Shown here: one piece after another, positions 24,113 through 38,100 of the stretch
Layout: each line of letters starts with the position of its first letter
Numbering within the stretch: the first letter of the stretch is position 1
Assembly: GCF_036365525.1 (NCBI RefSeq)
Contig: NC_090399.1
Location: forward strand, 62,738,862-62,802,861
Length of the DNA stretch: 64,000 bases
Reading direction: 5' to 3'
DNA from: Heterodontus francisci
Lineage: Eukaryota
Program-made: the position numbers and the translations under genes
The notes under the pieces: model-generated
What the model saw: the letters and a program-made list of their open reading frames with translations, nothing else
Database searches by the model: none
Told to the model about the DNA's origin: nothing

Positions 24113-27100
24113 AGTCAGTGATCTGTGATTGGTCAGTGGCCTGTCGATCCCTCCCTATAATCAGTGATCTGTGATTGGTCAGTGGCCTGTCGATCCCTCC
24201 CTGTGCTCAGTGATCTGTGATTGGTCAGTGGCCTGTCGATCCCTCCCTGTGCTCAGTGATCTGTGATTGGTCACCTGCCTGTCGATCCCTCCCTGTGCTC
24301 AGTGATCTGTGACCGGTCACTGGTCTGTCGATCCCTCCCTGTGCTCAGTGATCTGTGATTGGTCACCTGCCTGTCGATCCCTCCCTGTGCTCAGTGATCT
24401 GTGACCGGTCACTGGTCTGTTGATCCCTCCCTGTGCTCAGTGATCTGTGATTGGTCACCGGCCTGTCGATCCCTCCCTGTGTTCAGTGATCTGTGACCGG
24501 TCACTGGCCTGTTGATCCCACCCTGTGCTCAGTGATCTGTGATTGGTCACCGGCCTGTCGATCCCTCCCTGTGCTCAGTGATCTGTGATTGGTCAGTGGC
24601 CTGTCGATCCCTCCCTGTGCTCAGTGATCTGTGATTGGTCAGTGGCCTGTCGATCCCTCCCTGTGCTCAGTGATCTATGATTGGTCACCGGCCTGTCGAT
24701 CCCTCCCTATAATCAGAGATCTGTGATTGGTCACCGGTCTGTCAATCACTCCCTGTGCTCAGTGATCTATGATTGGTCACCGGCCTGTCGATCCCTCCCT
24801 GTGCTCAGTGATCTATGATTGGTTACCGGCCTGTCGATCCCTCCCTATAATCAGTGATCTGTGATTGGTCACCGGCCTGTATATCCCTCCCTGTGCTCAG
24901 TGATCTATGATTGGTTACAGGCCTGTCGATCCCTCCCTATAATCAGTGATCTGTGATTGGTCACCGGTCTGTCAATCACTCCCTGTGCTCAGTGATCTAT
25001 GATTGGTCACCGGCCTGTCGATCCCTCCCTATAATCAGAGATCTATGATTGGTCACCGGCCTGTCGATCCCTCCCTATAATCAGAGATCTGTGATTGGTC
25101 ACCGGTCTGTCAATCACTCCCTGTGCTCAGTGATCTATGATTGGTCACCGGCCTGTCGATCCCTCCCTGTGCTCAGTGATCTATGATTGGTTACCGGCCT
25201 GTCGATCCCTCCCTATAATCAGTGATCTGTGATTGGTCACCGGTCTGTCAATCACTCCCTGTGCTCAGTGATCTATGATTGGTCACCGGCCTGTCGATCC
25301 CTCCCTATAATCAGAGATCTATGATTGGTCACCGGTCTGTCAATCACTCCCTGTGCTCAGTGATCTATGATTGGTCACCGGCCTGTATATCCCTCCCTGT
25401 GCTCAGTGATCTGTGATTCGTCACCAGCCTGTCGATCCCTCCCTGTGCTCAGTGATCTGTGATTGGTCACCGGTCTGTCGATCCCTCCCTGTGCTCAGTG
25501 ATCTTTGATTGGTCAGTGGCCTGTCGATCCCTCCCTATAATCAGAGATCTGTGACCAGTCACTGATCTGTTGATCCCTCCCTGTGCTCAGTGATCTCTGG
25601 TCAGTGGCCTGTCGATCCCTCCCTGTGCTCAGTGATCTGTGATTGGTCACCGGCCTGTCGATCCCTCCCTATAATCAGAGATCTGTGATTGGTCACTGGC
25701 CTGTCGATCCCTCCCTGTGCTCAGTGATCTATGATTGGTTACCGGCCTGTCGATCCCTCCCTATAATCAGTGATCTATGATTGGTTACCGGCCTGTCGAT
25801 CCCTCCCTGTGCTCAGTGATCTATGATTGGTTACAGGCCTGTCGATCCCTCCCTATAATCAGTGATCTGTGATTGGTCACCGGTCTGTCAATCACTCCCT
25901 GTGCTCAGTGATCTATGATTGGTCACCGGCCTGTCGATCCCTCCCTATAATCAGAGATCTATGATTGGTCACCGGCCTGTCGATCCCTCCCTATAATCAG
26001 TGATCTGTGATTGGTCACCGGCCTGTATATCCCTCCCTGTGCTCAGTGATCTCTGGTCAGTGGCCTGTCGATCCCTCCCTATAATCAGAGATCTGTGATT
26101 CGTCACCAGCCTGTCGATCCCTCCCTGTGCTCAGTGATCTGTGATTGGTCACCGGTCTGTCGATCCCTCCCTGTGCTCAGTGATCTTTGATTGGTCAGTG
26201 GCCTGTCGATCCCTCCCTATAATCAGAGATCTGTGACCAGTCACTGATCTGTTGATCCCTCCCTGTGCTCAGTGATCTCTGGTCAGTGGCCTGTCGATCC
26301 CTCCCTGTGCTCAGTGATCTGTGATTGGTCACCGGCCTGTCGATCCCTCCCTATAATCAGAGATCTGTGATTGGTCACTGGCCTGTTGATCCCTCCCTGT
26401 GCTCAGTGATCTATGATTGTTCACCGGCCTGTCAATCCCTCCCTGTGCTCAGTGATCTATGATTGGTCACGGCCTGTCGATCCCTCCCTGTGCTCAGTGA
26501 TTGGTCACCAGCCTGTCGATCCCTCCCTGTGCTCAGTGATCTGTGATTGGTCACGGCCTGTCGATCCCTCCCTGTGCTCAGTGATCTGTGATTGGTCACC
26601 TGCCTGTCGATCCCTCCCTGTGCTCAGTGATCTGTGATTGGTCACGGCCTGTCTATCCCTCCCTGTGCTCAGTGATCTGTGATTGGTCACCTGCCTGTCG
26701 ATCCCTCCCTGTGCTCAGTGATCTGTGATTGGTCACCTGCCTGTCGATCCCTCCCTGTGCTCAGTGATCTGTGATTGGTCACCTGCCTGTCGATCCCTCC
26801 CTGTGCTCAGTGATCTGTGATTGGTCACGGCCTGTCAATCCCTCCCTGTGCTCAGTGATCTGTGATTGGTCACGGCCTGTCGATCCCTCCCTGTGCTCAG
26901 TGGTCTGTGATTGGTCAGTGGCCTGTCGATCCCTCCCTGTGCTCAGTGATCTGTGATTGGTCACGGCCTGTCAATCCCTCCCTGTGCTCAGTGATCTGTG
27001 ATTGATCACGGCCTGTCGATCCCTCCCTGTGCTCAGTGGTCTGTGATTGGTCAGTGGCCTGTCGATCCCTCCCTGTGCTCAGTGATCTGTGATTGGTCAC

Positions 27101-27118
27101 GGTCTGTCGATCCCTCCC
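24113..27118. repeat. Minisatellite, 46-bp unit CAGTGATCTGTGATTGGTCACCGGCCTGTCGATCCCTCCCTGTGCT, about 65 copies
   Basis: Period 46 (24116 to 24162); variant units (TATAAT, TCAATCAC) recur in blocks. Confidence 0.97.
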
Positions 27119-27559
27119 CTTTACTGGTTTAAATGAACATTTCTCAGATGCAGGAATGCAAGCAACAACAGCAATTAGAAACATCTCAATATTAAACTCC
27201 AAAATATTCAACTGGAGATTTCTACCAAATTACCAAGCAGAAAATAAACTCAGAATTCCAATAAATGATAGATGTATTGTTTCACTATATAAAACACAGC
27301 CAAATAAAGATAAAACATCCAGATTGTTTCTAAATGAATCCTCCCAGTGACACAGCCAGTCCAATCACTAGTTCGAGTAATCTTCAATTCGGAATCAACC
27401 TGGCAAATGAGAGATGGACAGAATCACATGGAGGCTTCACACCCAGTACAGGAGTTGGAACCCAGAAAGATCAATGTGGAAACTCTGTTCCTTAGACACT
27501 TACTCCATCCCTCTCCCTGGTCACTGTCAGACTGAACCAGATTGTTCACAACCTCAGTG

Positions 27560-28025
27560 TCCTATTTATTCCTGAGCTGAGCTTCCAACACCATAACCTC
27601 TCCATCACCAAGATCCCCTCTTGATCCAGCGCAGTAACACTAACCTACTCCATCTCTGCCTCAGCTCATCTGCTGCTGAAACTCTCATCAATACCTTCAT
27701 TACCCCCAGACACTGCTGACCAACCTCTCATATTTCATCCTCCATAAACTTTAGGTCATCCAAAACTCTGCTGCCCGAATCCTAACTCACACCAAGTCCC
27801 ATTCACCATCACCCCTGCGTTCTCTATCCTACATAGGTTCCTGGTCCGGTAATGTCTCAATTGATTTTAAGGTTCTCATCCTCATTGTCAAATCCCTCCA
27901 TATCTTCATAACCTCTGTAGCCCCCCAACTCAGAGATCTCTACGCACCTCCAATTCTGACCTCTTTCTTCCCCCCCTCCCCCCCAATCCCACTCCCTTTA
28001 ACACATCATTGGCAGCTGTTCCAGG
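27560..28025 (+). mobile_element. L2-type LINE 3' remnant
   Basis: AAETLI..F, IQNSAARILT, SPITP..L..L.WF motifs. Confidence 0.6.
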
Positions 28026-29273
28026 TGTCATGGGACAGGTTCCCTACAGTCACAGGTAAAGAGTGCAGTGATATGACTGAACCCAGACTGACCAGCCTGA
28101 ACCCACAATCCATCCCCTGAAACTTCTCCAGGAGCACCATATCTCAGTGAAGATCGAGTGTCCCAGCACTGGATCACCAGGCTCACTGCACAATCTATCA
28201 GTCTAAGACCCAGGCTCCAAAATGAAGTCTAATCTCTGTCCCCACGTACACAGCACAACTATCTCCCCCTCTCCAGGTGACAGATCCCATCCTCCTGTAT
28301 ATTAAACAGCTGCAGTGTCTCACTAAACAGCTGACAGCATCCGGAAGTTTGTTGCTCACCAGCCCAGCTTTAGAAAGTTCCAGTTCTCCGTGTGATTCAT
28401 GTCTTTGCTGCCTGGAATATTAACCTGCACAATCCAGTCACACTCCTGGAATCACCTGCTCCCTTCCCAACATATTGACCTCCCATTGGTCCAAAACAGT
28501 TGTACGTTTAATTCATTGGCTCAAGGGAACTGGATGCAGGTCAGGCACATTTAACAGAACAAGAGAATCCCAGGAGGTTCGTGTTACACCATCAGTGCAG
28601 GACCAGGGGTACAAAGTAACAAGACAAGTTCAGAACAAGTCAGCAGTACTTAGACTGGTCTCTGGATAGAGACGTGGACAGCAGTTAGACATGGGGGAGT
28701 GTGAGGAATCATCGCAGTCTGAGCAAGGAGGAGCCAGAGAGGCTGAATGGCCTCCCTGTGGTTTGTAATATACAAGTATATCTTTGTGATGGGGAAGAGC
28801 AGCAATGAATGGTGAGGAGCAGTAGGAGAATGAAAGGAGGTGACTCGAGGTTAAATTGAGGAGGAAAGCTTCATTCTACCTGACCAGACCTGGGCCTGCT
28901 CAATACTGATGGTGGGTTAAAAAAACTGCTCCTTGTCACAAAACCAGCTGATATTGATGGAACTCCTGTGTATTAAACCAGAGTTGATCAATGGTAGGCC
29001 ACTACTATCAGAGTTAGTCACTTTACCATTGGAGCTTGTGTCTCTTACAGACTGGCTCATGAAACTCAACTTACACTTTATTTATTTATTTTTATTTCTA
29101 TTTAGAGATACAGCACTATGTGAGAAATTTATGTAAACAAGTGAAAACACTGCGAGCCAGTGGTGAAACTCAGTAAAGTCCCTTCCGATACCCTGAGCTC
29201 ACAGTTACTGCTGTTTATAAACTGCTTTGATGCTAGTTTAGCTGCTGTTAAACTCCAGTGAGTGATTCATACC

Positions 29274-29320
29274 TCAGGCCAGGGCTGATGAGTTCGAAGA
29301 TGATTCCACTCCTCTTACAG
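29274..29320 (-). CDS. MHC class I exon 7, cytoplasmic tail and stop (PVRGVESSSNSSALA*)
   Basis: Acceptor TCTTTCTTTTTCACAG|, Ser-rich tail, TGA at 29276-29274, followed 1 nt later by a donor-like G|GTATG. Confidence 0.8.
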
Positions 29321-32067
29321 CTGTGAAAAAGAAAGATTTCAGTCACACAGTCACTTTACAACATGGTGAATGTTCCATATAGAGACAGAGAGAGAGACAG
29401 AGAGAGAGACAGAGAGAGAGAGACAGAGAGAGAGAGACAGAGAGAGAGACAGAGAAACAGAGAGGTAAACACACACAGAGACAAAGTAATGGAGCTATAC
29501 TGTCTTAACAGACCAGAAATGGCTGTTCAGCCAATCGAGTCCATGCCAGAAAGTTCTGCCTCGAAGACAAGGCAGCTAACAACTGAACCAGACTATTGTA
29601 ATATTTGCACACTTACGATTTGCTGAGCTGTAACTGTGTTTATATTCTCCTCCTACAAAGATCAGAAACAGAACTTCAGTTAACAAAAGCTCCCCCACCC
29701 ACCCCTCACCCACACAAACTTACTGTAGTCATGGGGGGAATGACCAGCTTAACCTGAGCTCGCTTACAGGAGACTCTGCTCCTCACTCAACCCTTTACTC
29801 TGCATTCAGCCCAGTCCCTTCATCCCCTGTACAGGCCCCCCAGTCCCCTCACTCCCTGTAGGGGACCTCAGTCCCCTGACTCCCCATATGGGCCCTCAGT
29901 CACCTCACACCCTGTACGGGACCTCAGTCCCCTCACTCCCTATACGGGATCTCAGTCCCCTCACTCCCTGTACAGGCCCCCAGTCCCCTCACTCCCTGTA
30001 GGGGACTCCAGTCCCCTGACTCCCTATATGGGCCCTCAGTCACCTCACACCCTGTACGGGACCTCAGTCACCTCACTCCCTGTACGGGACCTCAGTCCCC
30101 TCACTCCCTGTACGGGATCTCAGTCCCCTCACTCCCTGTACAGGCCCCCAGTCCCCTCACTCCCTGTAGGGGACCTCAGTCTCCTGACTCCCTATATGGG
30201 CCCTCAGTCACCTCACACCCTGTACGGGACCTCAGTCACCTCACTCCCTGTACGGGATCTCAGTCCCCTCACTCCCTGTACGGGACCTCAGTCCTCTCAC
30301 TCCCTGTACGGGACCTCAGTCACCTCACTCCATGTAAGGGTCCCTCAGTCCCCTGACTCCCCATATAGGCCCTCAGTCACCTCACTCCCTGTACGGGACC
30401 TCAGTCCCCTGACTCCCGATATGGGCCCCCAGTCCCCTCACTCCCTGTACAGGCCCACAGTCCCCTCACTCCCTGTACAGGCCCTCAGTCACCTCACTCA
30501 CTGTACAGGCCCCCAGTCCCCTCACTCCATGTACGGGACCCCCAGTCCCCTCACTCCGTGTAAGAGTCCCTCAGTCCCAGCTCCCCATATGGGCCCTCGG
30601 TCCTCTCACTTCCTGTTCCTCAGCCCCCTCACGCTCTGTACATCACTGGACTGTGTGTGCATTTCCCACATGTGTAGGAAAGTCTCTAATGCTTTGATAT
30701 TTGTGCTTTAACATTTTAAAACTGCTGATACCAGAGAGTGACAGACCCTGCCCTCACTTCCTACCTCTCCTTTTCAACGCAACTGCACCGATGACAACAG
30801 CAATCAGAGCGATGGCAGCAACAACAATTCCAACAATCAGTCTGATATTTGTTCCCTCTGAAGATCCTACAGTCACTGGGAGCATCCTGGCTGTGGGGGG
30901 GGGGGGGGGGGGGGGGGGGAAATGAGGAGGAGATCAATGAATAACCACAATCGCTGCTCATTCAGAAGCAAGTGTACCAAAGCGGGGCCTGAGTTTGAAT
31001 GAGATTCAAGTCTGTGATGTAATGGGCAGTCTGAGCAGAGCATGTTGTAGGTTAGAAAGGTTCAGCATGACTTGGATTACACTCCTGTGAAGCACTTTGG
31101 GATGTTTATCTACATTAAAGGAGATAAATAAATGCAGACATTGGAATTCCACATCATTCCAAAGACACTTCCAGTCACCCAAACAAGTGATTAATTCCCA
31201 CATCAATCTCAGAATAGGCTTGTTGCAGCATAGTGATGGGAGGTAGGGAGTTTCTAGGGAAAGGAAAGAGGGGGTGCCATATTGATCAAAGATACTGTTA
31301 CAGCACTGGAAAGGGGTGACATGCTGGAGGATTCAATGTCAGAATCTATTTGGGTAGAGTTAAGGAACAATAGAGGAGCTATTTCATTGCTGGGTGTAAA
31401 CTATTGGTCACCCCAAATATAGGGAAGGAGGTCGAGAAGCAAATCTGCAGGTAGATTGCAGAAAGATGTAAGAACTTTAGAATGGTGATAATGGGGGAGT
31501 TCAATCATCCTAATATAGACTGGGATAGTAACAATGTAAAGGCAAAGGTCAGAAAGGAATTCCTGAAATGTATACAAGAGAACTTTATTGATCATTGTGT
31601 TTCCAGTTCAATGTGGAAGGAGGCAGTGTTGGATTTAGTTCTGGGGAATGAAGTAGGGCAAGTGGAGCATGTTTTAATTGGGGTGCATTTGGGAAACAGT
31701 GATCACAATATCATCAGGTTTACAGTAGTTATGGAAAATGACATGGAAAAATTGAACATGAAATTACTCAACTGGAGGAGGGCTAATTTCAGTGAGTTGA
31801 AAAGCAGTCGATTGGTTTGATAAACATCACTAAAGAGGGTGCTGCTAATTTCACAGTAGAGGAAGAGGTAGTAGAGAAACTGAATAGAATAAAAATTGAT
31901 AAAGAGGAGGTAGTTAAAAGGTTGGCAATGCTGAAAGTAGAAAAGTCACTGAGATTACTGAGGGAATTAAAGGTGGAGATATCGGAGGCTGTGGTCACAA
32001 TCTTGCAATCCTCCTTCGGTAGTGGGATGGTGCCAGAGGACTGGAGAGGTTCAAATGTTATACATAG

Positions 32068-32145
<78 letters not shown>

Positions 32146-35100
32146 GCAACTACTGTTAGCCTGACTTCAGTGGTGCGAGAATGTTGAGACAACAGGAATA
32201 GGAGTAGACCATTCAATCCTTAGAGCCTGTTCTGCCATTCAGTGATATTGAGGGTGATCTGTGTCCTAACTCCATATACCTCAATAGATTAGCTAGCAAA
32301 AAAATCTATTGACCTCAGATCTGAATTTAATTGAGCTAGCATTTACTGCTTTTTATGGAACAGAGTTACACACTTCTCCCACCATCTGTTTGAAGAAACG
32401 CTTCCTAACTTCTCTCCTGAATGGTCTGGGTCTGATTTCAATGTTATATCCCCTTTGTCCGAGACTCCACCACCAGCAGAAAAGTTTCTTTCCATCTACC
32501 TTACCCTCAATTCCTTCCAAAATCCTGAAAACCTCAATCGTCCTTTAACCTTCTCTATCCCAGGGAACACAAGCCTAGTCTGTGTAATCTCTCCTCATAA
32601 TTAAACCTTTGTAGCCAAGTAACATTCTGTTGAATCTGTGCTGCACTCCTTCCAAGGCCAGTATATTTATACCTTTCTAAAGATGAGGTGCCCAGAACTG
32701 TACACAGTTCTCCAGGTCTGGTCCGAGACAAGGCTTTCCACCATTTAGAAAATACGCTGATCTACCCTTATTTCATCCAAAATGGATGACTTCACGTTTG
32801 CCTGCACGGAAATACATCTGCCACAATTTTGTCCACCCAAACAATCAATGTCTCTTGTAATTTTATGCTCCTGTCTACTCTGCTTGCTATGCCACTGAAC
32901 CTGGTGTCATCAGTAAACTTGGATATGTGTCGCTCTATTGTGCTTTTTAAGACTTTAAATACTGAATGGTTGAGGCCCCAGCACAGATCCCCGTGAGATA
33001 CCACTGGTCATTTCCTTCCAATTCATACATACCCATTATCCCTACAGTCTGTCTACTGCCAAATCAATTTCCTAATCAGCTCAATAATATGCTTTCAATT
33101 CCAAGAGCTTTAAGAAATCTCTTATGTGGAACCTTATCGAAAGTCTTCAGCAAGTCCACATAAACTATATCCATAGACATTCCCCTATCCACTACTTTAG
33201 TTACTTCCTCAAAAAAATTCAATTTGTTTCATTAGACATGACCTCCCCCTTACAAATCCACATTGGCTCTCTTCAATCAGCTCAAATTTCTCTAAGTACT
33301 CAGTCACTCTGTCTTAATGATAGATTCCATAACCTTCCCCACAACAGATGTTAGACTAACAGATTTATAATTTCTTGGTTTCTCTCTCACCTTTCTTTAA
33401 TAATGAAGTTATGTATACAATTTTCCAATCGATAGGAATAATTCCTGCATCGAGGGAGCTTTGGAAGATTATGGCGAAATTATCTACAATTTCCTCACCT
33501 ACTTTCTTTAAAACCCAGGGGTGAAACCAACAGGTCCTGGGCATTTCTCAGTCTCTACAGTCATTTTTCTAAATACTATTTTCCAGCTTACATTGTCATT
33601 GGTTCATTATTTGTTTCCCTGCAATGTCAGGTATATTATCCTTTCCCATTCCTATGAAGATTGAAGCCTGGAAAAAGTAAAGCAGTAACAGAACAATGGA
33701 GAACATTCGGGAAGAGATAGTTCAGACAGAAACATATAAACTAGATATGTTCCTTTGAAGGGGAAAGGGCAGAGCATCCAAAGCTAATGTGCCCTGGATG
33801 ACAAAGGAAGTAAAAGTTAAACTAAAGCAGAGAAAAAAGGAGGCTATGACAGATGTCACTAGCAAGATTCAGTTAATAACCAGGAAGATTATGAAAAGTA
33901 CAGGAATGTACAAATACACCAATCACTACAGGTTAGCAAGGCTTTCTTTCCAGAGGAATAGAATTGAAAAGTACTGAAATTATGTTAAACCTGTATCAAA
34001 CCGCGCGACGTCCCAGTTGCCATATTATAAAAAAAGAGATAGAAGCACTCAAGAGAGTGAAAGAAGATTTACAAGGACAATACAGGAAATACATGGGTAT
34101 ACATATCAGGAAAGGATGAACAGCTGGGTCTCTTTTCTCTTTAAAAACAAGGATGAATTGTGACTGAAAAGAGGTCTTTAAAATTTGACAGGATTTCACA
34201 GAGTGGATAGAGAGAGAAATTTTCCACTTGTTGGGAAGACCATAACAGGAGGAGATCAATAACAGATAGCTACCATGTGAACACAGAATTCGCTATCACA
34301 GGGAGTGATTGAAGCAAATAGTATCGATCTATTTAAGGAGAAACTAGACAAGCATATGAGGGAGAAGGGAATACAGAGTTACGATGATAGATTTTTTTTA
34401 GTTTAGAGATACAGCACTGAAACAGGCCCTTCGGCCCACCGAGTCTGTGCTGACCATCAACCACTCATTTATACTAATCCAACACTAATTCCATTTTCCT
34501 ACCACATCCCCACCTGTCCCTATATTTCCCTCCCTATACTAGGAGCAATTGCTAATGGCCAATTCACCTGTCAACCTGCAAGTCTTTGGCATGTGGGAGG
34601 AAACCGGAGCACCCGGAGGAAACCCACGCAGACACAGGGAGAACTTGCAAACTCCACAGAGGCAGTACCCAGAATTGAACCCGGGCCGCTGGAGCTGTGA
34701 GGCTGTGGTGCTAACCACTGCGCCGCCCTTTAAATGAGGAAAGATGGGAGGAGGCTTGAGTGGTGCATAAACACCAACATGGACTGGTTGGGCCGAATGG
34801 CCAGTTTCTCTACTATTTATCCTATGTAATCTTTCAATCTTCATTGGATATAGGAGCGCTATTGGAGAACTGGAGGGTTGCTAATGTTATACCACTATTA
34901 AAGAAAGGGGAGAGGGATAAACCAGGAAATCACAGGCCAGTCAGCTGATAATTGGTAGTGGGGAAGTTATTCAAATCCAGTATCAAGGACAAAATTAACT
35001 TTCAATTGGAAAGGCATGGGTTAATTAAGAAGAGCCAGCATGGGTTTGTTAAAGGCAAATTGTGTCTGACCAACTTGATTGAATTCTTTGATGAGGTAAC

Positions 35101-38100
35101 GAAGAAGATTGATCAACATAGTTCAATAGATATAAAAACAAGAAATGCTGGAACCACTTAGTAGGTCTGACAGCATCTGTGAAAAGAGAAGCAGAGTTAA
35201 TGTTTCGGGTCAGTGACCCTTCTTTGGAACTGACAAATAGTTCAATAGATGTTGCACATATGGACTTTTGGAAGGCGTTCAGCAAAATGCTGCACAGGAG
35301 GCTTATTAAGGAGATGTCAGCCCATGGAACCAAGGGGATATGAAACTGGCTCAGTGACTGGAAGCAAAGGATGTTGGTAGATGTTTTTCAGATTGGGAAG
35401 TGGGGGGCAGTGTTGTTTCCCAAGGGTCAGTTTTGGGTCCATTACTCTTGGCAACATTTATAAATGGCTTAGGCTTAGGTGTAGGGAACAGCATTATAAA
35501 GTTTGCAAATGATAAAACTTTTGGCAAAGTAGTATGGAGTAATGAGGATAGGATGAACATGGAGAGACAATATAGAATAAAGGGTACAATTCAGAAGTGG
35601 GGGCAGGAGCAGAGGGACCTATGTGTATATGTGCAAAAGTCATTGAAGGTGGCAGGACAGGTTGAAAGAGAGGTTAATAAAGCATACAGTATCCTGTGCT
35701 TTATTAGTAGGGGGATAGAGTACAAGAGCAAGGAAGTTATGTTGAATTTATATAAGACACTAGTTTGGCCTCAGCTGGAGCATTGCATCCAGTTCTGGTG
35801 GCTGCACTTTAGGAAAGATGTGAAGGCATTGGAGAGATTACAGAAAGGATTCATGAGAATGGTTCCAGGGATGAAGAACTTCAGTTATGAAGATAGATTG
35901 GAGAAGTTAAGACTGTTTTCCTTGGAGAAGAGAACGCTGAGAGGTGATTTGATAGAGGTATTCAAAATCATGAGGGGTCTGAACAGAGTAGAGAGAGAGA
36001 AACTGTTCCCACTCGTGAAAGGATCGAGAATGAGAGGGCACAGATTTCAAGTATTTGGTAAAGTTAAGCAAAAGTGACATGAGGAAAAGCTGTTTCATGC
36101 AGTGAGTGCTTATGGTTTAGAATGCACTGCCTGAGAACGTGGTGGAGGCAGGTTCAATTGAAGCATTCAAAAGGGAATTAGACAGTTATATGAAAAGGAA
36201 GAATGTGCAGGGTTACAGGGAGAAGGCAGCTGAATGGAACTGAGGAAATTGCTCTTTCAGAGAGCCAGTGTAGACAAGATGGACTGAATGGCCTTCTCCT
36301 GCACGGTAACGATTCTGTGATTCAATCATTCTAGGCTTCAGGGTGACAGGATGGTGAAATGGACAAAGACATGGCAGGTGAAGTTCAATGTAGGGAAGTG
36401 TGAAGTGATGCACTTTGGAAGGACTAATGTTGAAAGAATGTAGATGATATTTTGAAAAGTGTAGATGAATAAAGAGACCTTGGTTTCCATATGCACAAAT
36501 CCTTAAAGATGGCACAGCAAGTTGATAAGGTGGTTGTAAAAGTATATGGGTTACATGGATTTATAAATCGAGGTACAGAATATAAAAGTAAAGAGATCAT
36601 GCTAGAACTTTATAAATCACTGGTTAGGCCTCGGTTGGAGTATTGTGGACAATTCCGGCCACCACACTTCTGAAAAGATGTAAAGGCCTTAGAAAGGGCA
36701 CAGAGGAGGTTTATCAGGATGTTAACAGAGATAACAGACTATAGTTATGAGGAGAGGTTGGAAAAGTTAGGACTGTTCCCCTTGGAATAGAGAAGGTTAA
36801 GAGGTGACCTAATAGATTTTTTTCAAGATGATGAGCAGTTTTGCTAAGGTAGAGAGAGGAAAGTTATTCCCTCCGGTGAGTGGGTCAATAACCAGAGGTT
36901 ATAGATTTAAAATCATTGGTAAAAGATAGAGAGGGGAAATGAGGATTTTATTTTACTCAGCTGTCGGGATCTGGAATGTTCTACCTGAAAAGAAGTGGAA
37001 GCTGATTCCAGAAACAATTTTAAACAGGGTGTTGTACAGATATTTGAGGATGATGAGCTGACACATTTAGGGACAAAAAGCAGACACATGGGACTAAGAA
37101 TGACTACTCATCCCAAGAGCCAGCATAGGCTCTATGGGCCAAATGGCCTCCTACTGTGCTGTAGGGTTCTATGATTCAATGACACGAAGTTCCAACAAAA
37201 TAAAACACTGCAGATGCTGGAAATCTGAAATAAAAACATAACATTCTAGAAATACTCAGCAGGTCAGGCAGCATCTATGATGTGAGCAACAGAGTTAATG
37301 TTTCAGGTCAATACCACTTTGTCAGAATGGAGGTCACTGATCTGAAAGGTTAACACTATTGCTCTCTGTACAGATGCTACCTGACCTGCTGAGTATTTCC
37401 AACATTGTCTGTTTTTATTGTATTATTCTAAAAGTCCTACCCTTTCCTTATTCACATTTGCAGTATGACCGCAATGATTTTTAAAGGGCCACATGGGCCT
37501 TTTTCTTCTGACATAATTGTAAAAGCTTTGTGTTAATCTTGATACCCTCATAAATGTCTGTTGATATTTCTGCTCTTACTGTATGTTCTTTCGCTCTCTC
37601 CCAGTCCACTCGATCTATACTATGCTTTGCTTTATCCTTTAGTTTTAGGTTACCTTTCACTTCTTCTCGAGTAGACCTCTCGGCCCTTCTCGTTTCTGTA
37701 TTAAGCTAAATTCTTTTCTGAACACCTCCCACTGTTCATCTGTAGTTTTACCCAATAACAGTTTTGTTCAGTTTGCGGTCATCAGTCTCTGTCTCATCCT
37801 ATTAAAAGTTAGCCTTACCAAATTCGAGGATCTTCATAACAGTATTATGTTTTTCCTTTTCAAACATGTCAGGCTCGCAGTTAAGTAAATGTTCCCTTAC
37901 CGTTAGATTAACTATGTCTGGCTCACTACTAGATCTAGTGTGGCCTGCCTGTTTGTTGGTTCCAGAAAACTATGTTGAATGCAGTCAAGAAATTCACAAG
38001 CTTTCTGACTTGAGCTACTCTGTTCTTCCCAATCTATATGGGAATTAAAGTCTCCCATTAAAACATCTCTTCATTGACTACAAGTCTCTTTGATCTCTGA

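Noticed and set aside
24113-27118. CRISPR-like array
   Set aside because: Head-to-tail units with no unique spacers, no cas genes, and a eukaryotic context. The same applies to the other arrays.
29700-29760. Additional cytoplasmic exon with a GTAAGT donor near 29723
   Set aside because: Weak acceptor with no pyrimidine tract, and the phase-1 reading hits a stop (G-GT TAA). The 29617-29652 exon fits much better.
30028-30711. 227-aa Pro/Ser-rich ORF
   Set aside because: Translation of the 28-bp minisatellite, antisense within intron 5.
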